Origin: Lama guanicoe
Taxonomy: Eukaryota
DNA: 23,163 nt
Direction of reading: 5' to 3'
Assembly: GCA_013239625.1 (NCBI GenBank)
Contig: MU053472.1
Coordinates: forward strand, 3,829,410-3,852,572
This document shows positions 21,800 to 23,163 of this stretch, piece after piece. The position numbers and the translations under genes were made by a program. Position 1 is the first letter of the stretch; every line of letters begins with the position of its first letter. Below the pieces are notes generated by a model. It saw only the letters and a list, made by a program, of their open reading frames with translations, was not told the DNA's origin and searched no databases.

Positions 21800-22091
21800 G
21801 CCTGGGGGCCCGGAAGCCACCTGTCCAGGGTGTGTGCGATGGTCTCTTCAGCCCCCCCTCCCGCCAATACCCAGCCTTGTTTCTGGTTTCCTGTCAGTCT
21901 GTCCTCCCCAGGGAGGGGAGGGGCTGCTAATCTCCACTGTGGTGTGGGGGCGGGCTCCAAGACCGTTGGGCGCCCTGAGATCTGGCCCACGTGGTCTCGG
22001 GGTTATAAGCCCTGCCCGCCCTGACGGGAACCCCACTTGGGAGCCAGGAGCACAGGGCCAGTTCCCCTCAGCCCTGCAGCATCAGGTAAGG
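21800..22091 (+). promoter_or_regulatory. Candidate pri-miR-142 (host gene) promoter and short first exon
   Basis: ETS CCGGAAG 21810-21816, RUNX TGTGGT 21938-21943, GC box 21946-21954, E-box CACGTG 21988-21993, TATA-like TTATAAG 22003-22009, and strong donor CAG|GTAAGG at 22086; about 1 kb upstream of the hairpin. Confidence 0.65.
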
Positions 22092-22763
22092 GTCTGAACC
22101 TTCACTTCGGCCCCCAATGGGCTCCTTGACTCTGGGCCTCCAGGGGTGGGTGATGAGGGGCTTGGGTTCTATGCTTGGGTGGAGAGGCCCTGGGGAGGGG
22201 CTTTGGAAGCTTGGGTGCCAAGGCTTCCTAGCAAAGCTCTAGGCAAAGAGGCAAAGAACCCTCAGATCTACTAGATCTTCATGGTGGGACAGCTCCTCTA
22301 AATGCTGGGCTTTGACCTCCCTCTAGACGAGGAAGCTAAAATGGCTCCTGGACCCCCGATGAAGGAAGAGGGATCCAAGGCCTTAAGGACAGGGCTGGAG
22401 AGTAGGGTGAGGAAGGCAGAGGGTGGGCATAGGCTGAAAAGTGAGACTCAGCGTCAGTAAAAGGTGCTAAGTGTCTCCCTCCACCCAACATGGCCACCAT
22501 TTCCGTCCAGACAACCTTGGGCTGCTGTCCGGGGAGCCGCTGGGCGGGCGGTGAGGGAGTCGGGGCCTCGGGCTGGTGAGGAGGCTGGGGACCCAGACCT
22601 TGGGTCTGACTCTGGAGGGTGGGTAGTACGGCTGGAAGGGGTCACCCAGGGGCTCGGAACTGGGGGCCAAGGTGACGCCTCCCGAGTGTCCATGGCCTCT
22701 ACCTGAGGGTCTCTGAAAGTAGGGGGATGGGGTGGAGCCCTAGACGGAAGGGAAGAGGGAACC

Positions 22764-22822
22764 AAAGAGGAAGTGGGGGGAGGGAGGTAGAGGAGGGAAG
22801 ATCTGGCGCCATGCTGAGTCAC
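22764..22822 (+). promoter_or_regulatory. PU.1 site and MAF/NF-E2/AP-1 site just upstream of miR-142
   Basis: AAAGAGGAAGTG 22764-22775 (PU.1/SPI1 consensus) and TGCTGAGTCAC 22812-22822. Confidence 0.6.
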
Positions 22823-22972
22823 CGCCCACAAGGCCCAGGGCGGGCCCTCGGGGGGCCATGGGGCAGGGCGCTGGGGTCTTAGGAAGCAGTGGGGAGGGTC
22901 GGGGGGCGCCCTCGAAGCAGGAGTCAGAAGGAGGAGCGGGCCGCCTGAAGAGTACCTGCAGACGGACAGACA

Positions 22973-23059
22973 GACAGTGCAGTCACCCATAAAGTAGAAA
23001 GCACTACTAACAGCACTGGAGGGTGTAGTGTTTCCTACTTTATGGATGAGTGTACTGTG
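22973..23059 (+). ncRNA. MIR142: pre-miR-142 stem-loop (miR-142-5p 22988-23008; miR-142-3p 23024-23046)
   Basis: 5p arm CATAAAGTAGAAAGCACTACT and 3p arm TGTAGTGTTTCCTACTTTATGGA match known miR-142 and pair with each other. A CNNC motif (CTTC 23062-23065) lies 16 nt after the 3p end. Confidence 0.98.
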
Positions 23060-23163
23060 GGCTTCGGAGAACCCGCCGCCGCTACCGCCGCCCGCCACCA
23101 GATTCCTCCGCGCTCAGGACTGTGCACGACAGGTGAGCCCCTCAGGCGCCCTCCCCACCCCGC

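Noticed and set aside
22454..23098. 214-aa minus-strand ORF overlapping MIR142
   Set aside because: Starts at GTG, has low-complexity Pro/Ser/Ala composition expected from GC-rich DNA, and the overlapping conservation is explained by the miRNA.

Overview
Mammalian genomic DNA, probably camelid judging by a tRNA-Ala-derived Vic-1-like SINE. It is syntenic with the human RNF43-SUPT4H1-MIR142 interval, with all three genes on the + strand. The window opens at the last splice donor of RNF43 and contains its terminal coding exon (…GSEEELEELCEQAV*, 1726-1769) and 3' UTR. Next come a CpG-island promoter and the complete five-exon SUPT4H1 gene (117 aa, 4750-9632), then about 12 kb of non-coding DNA with old repeats and clusters of haematopoietic transcription-factor motifs. 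The window ends with a TATA-type promoter and the pre-miR-142 hairpin (22973-23059). I see no new protein-coding system, and nearly all ORFs in the track are spurious. The most notable oddities are: an exact match to the mature human miR-4736 sequence whose hairpin is too short to be a miRNA and overlaps a GATA/ETS element; a perfect 105-bp tandem duplication beside a (GT)19 repeat; a candidate alternative last-exon acceptor for RNF43; no AATAAA between RNF43 and SUPT4H1; and a CArG/CRE/CCAAT promoter-like island with an antisense splice donor. Gene and repeat identities are from recall, not database searches.
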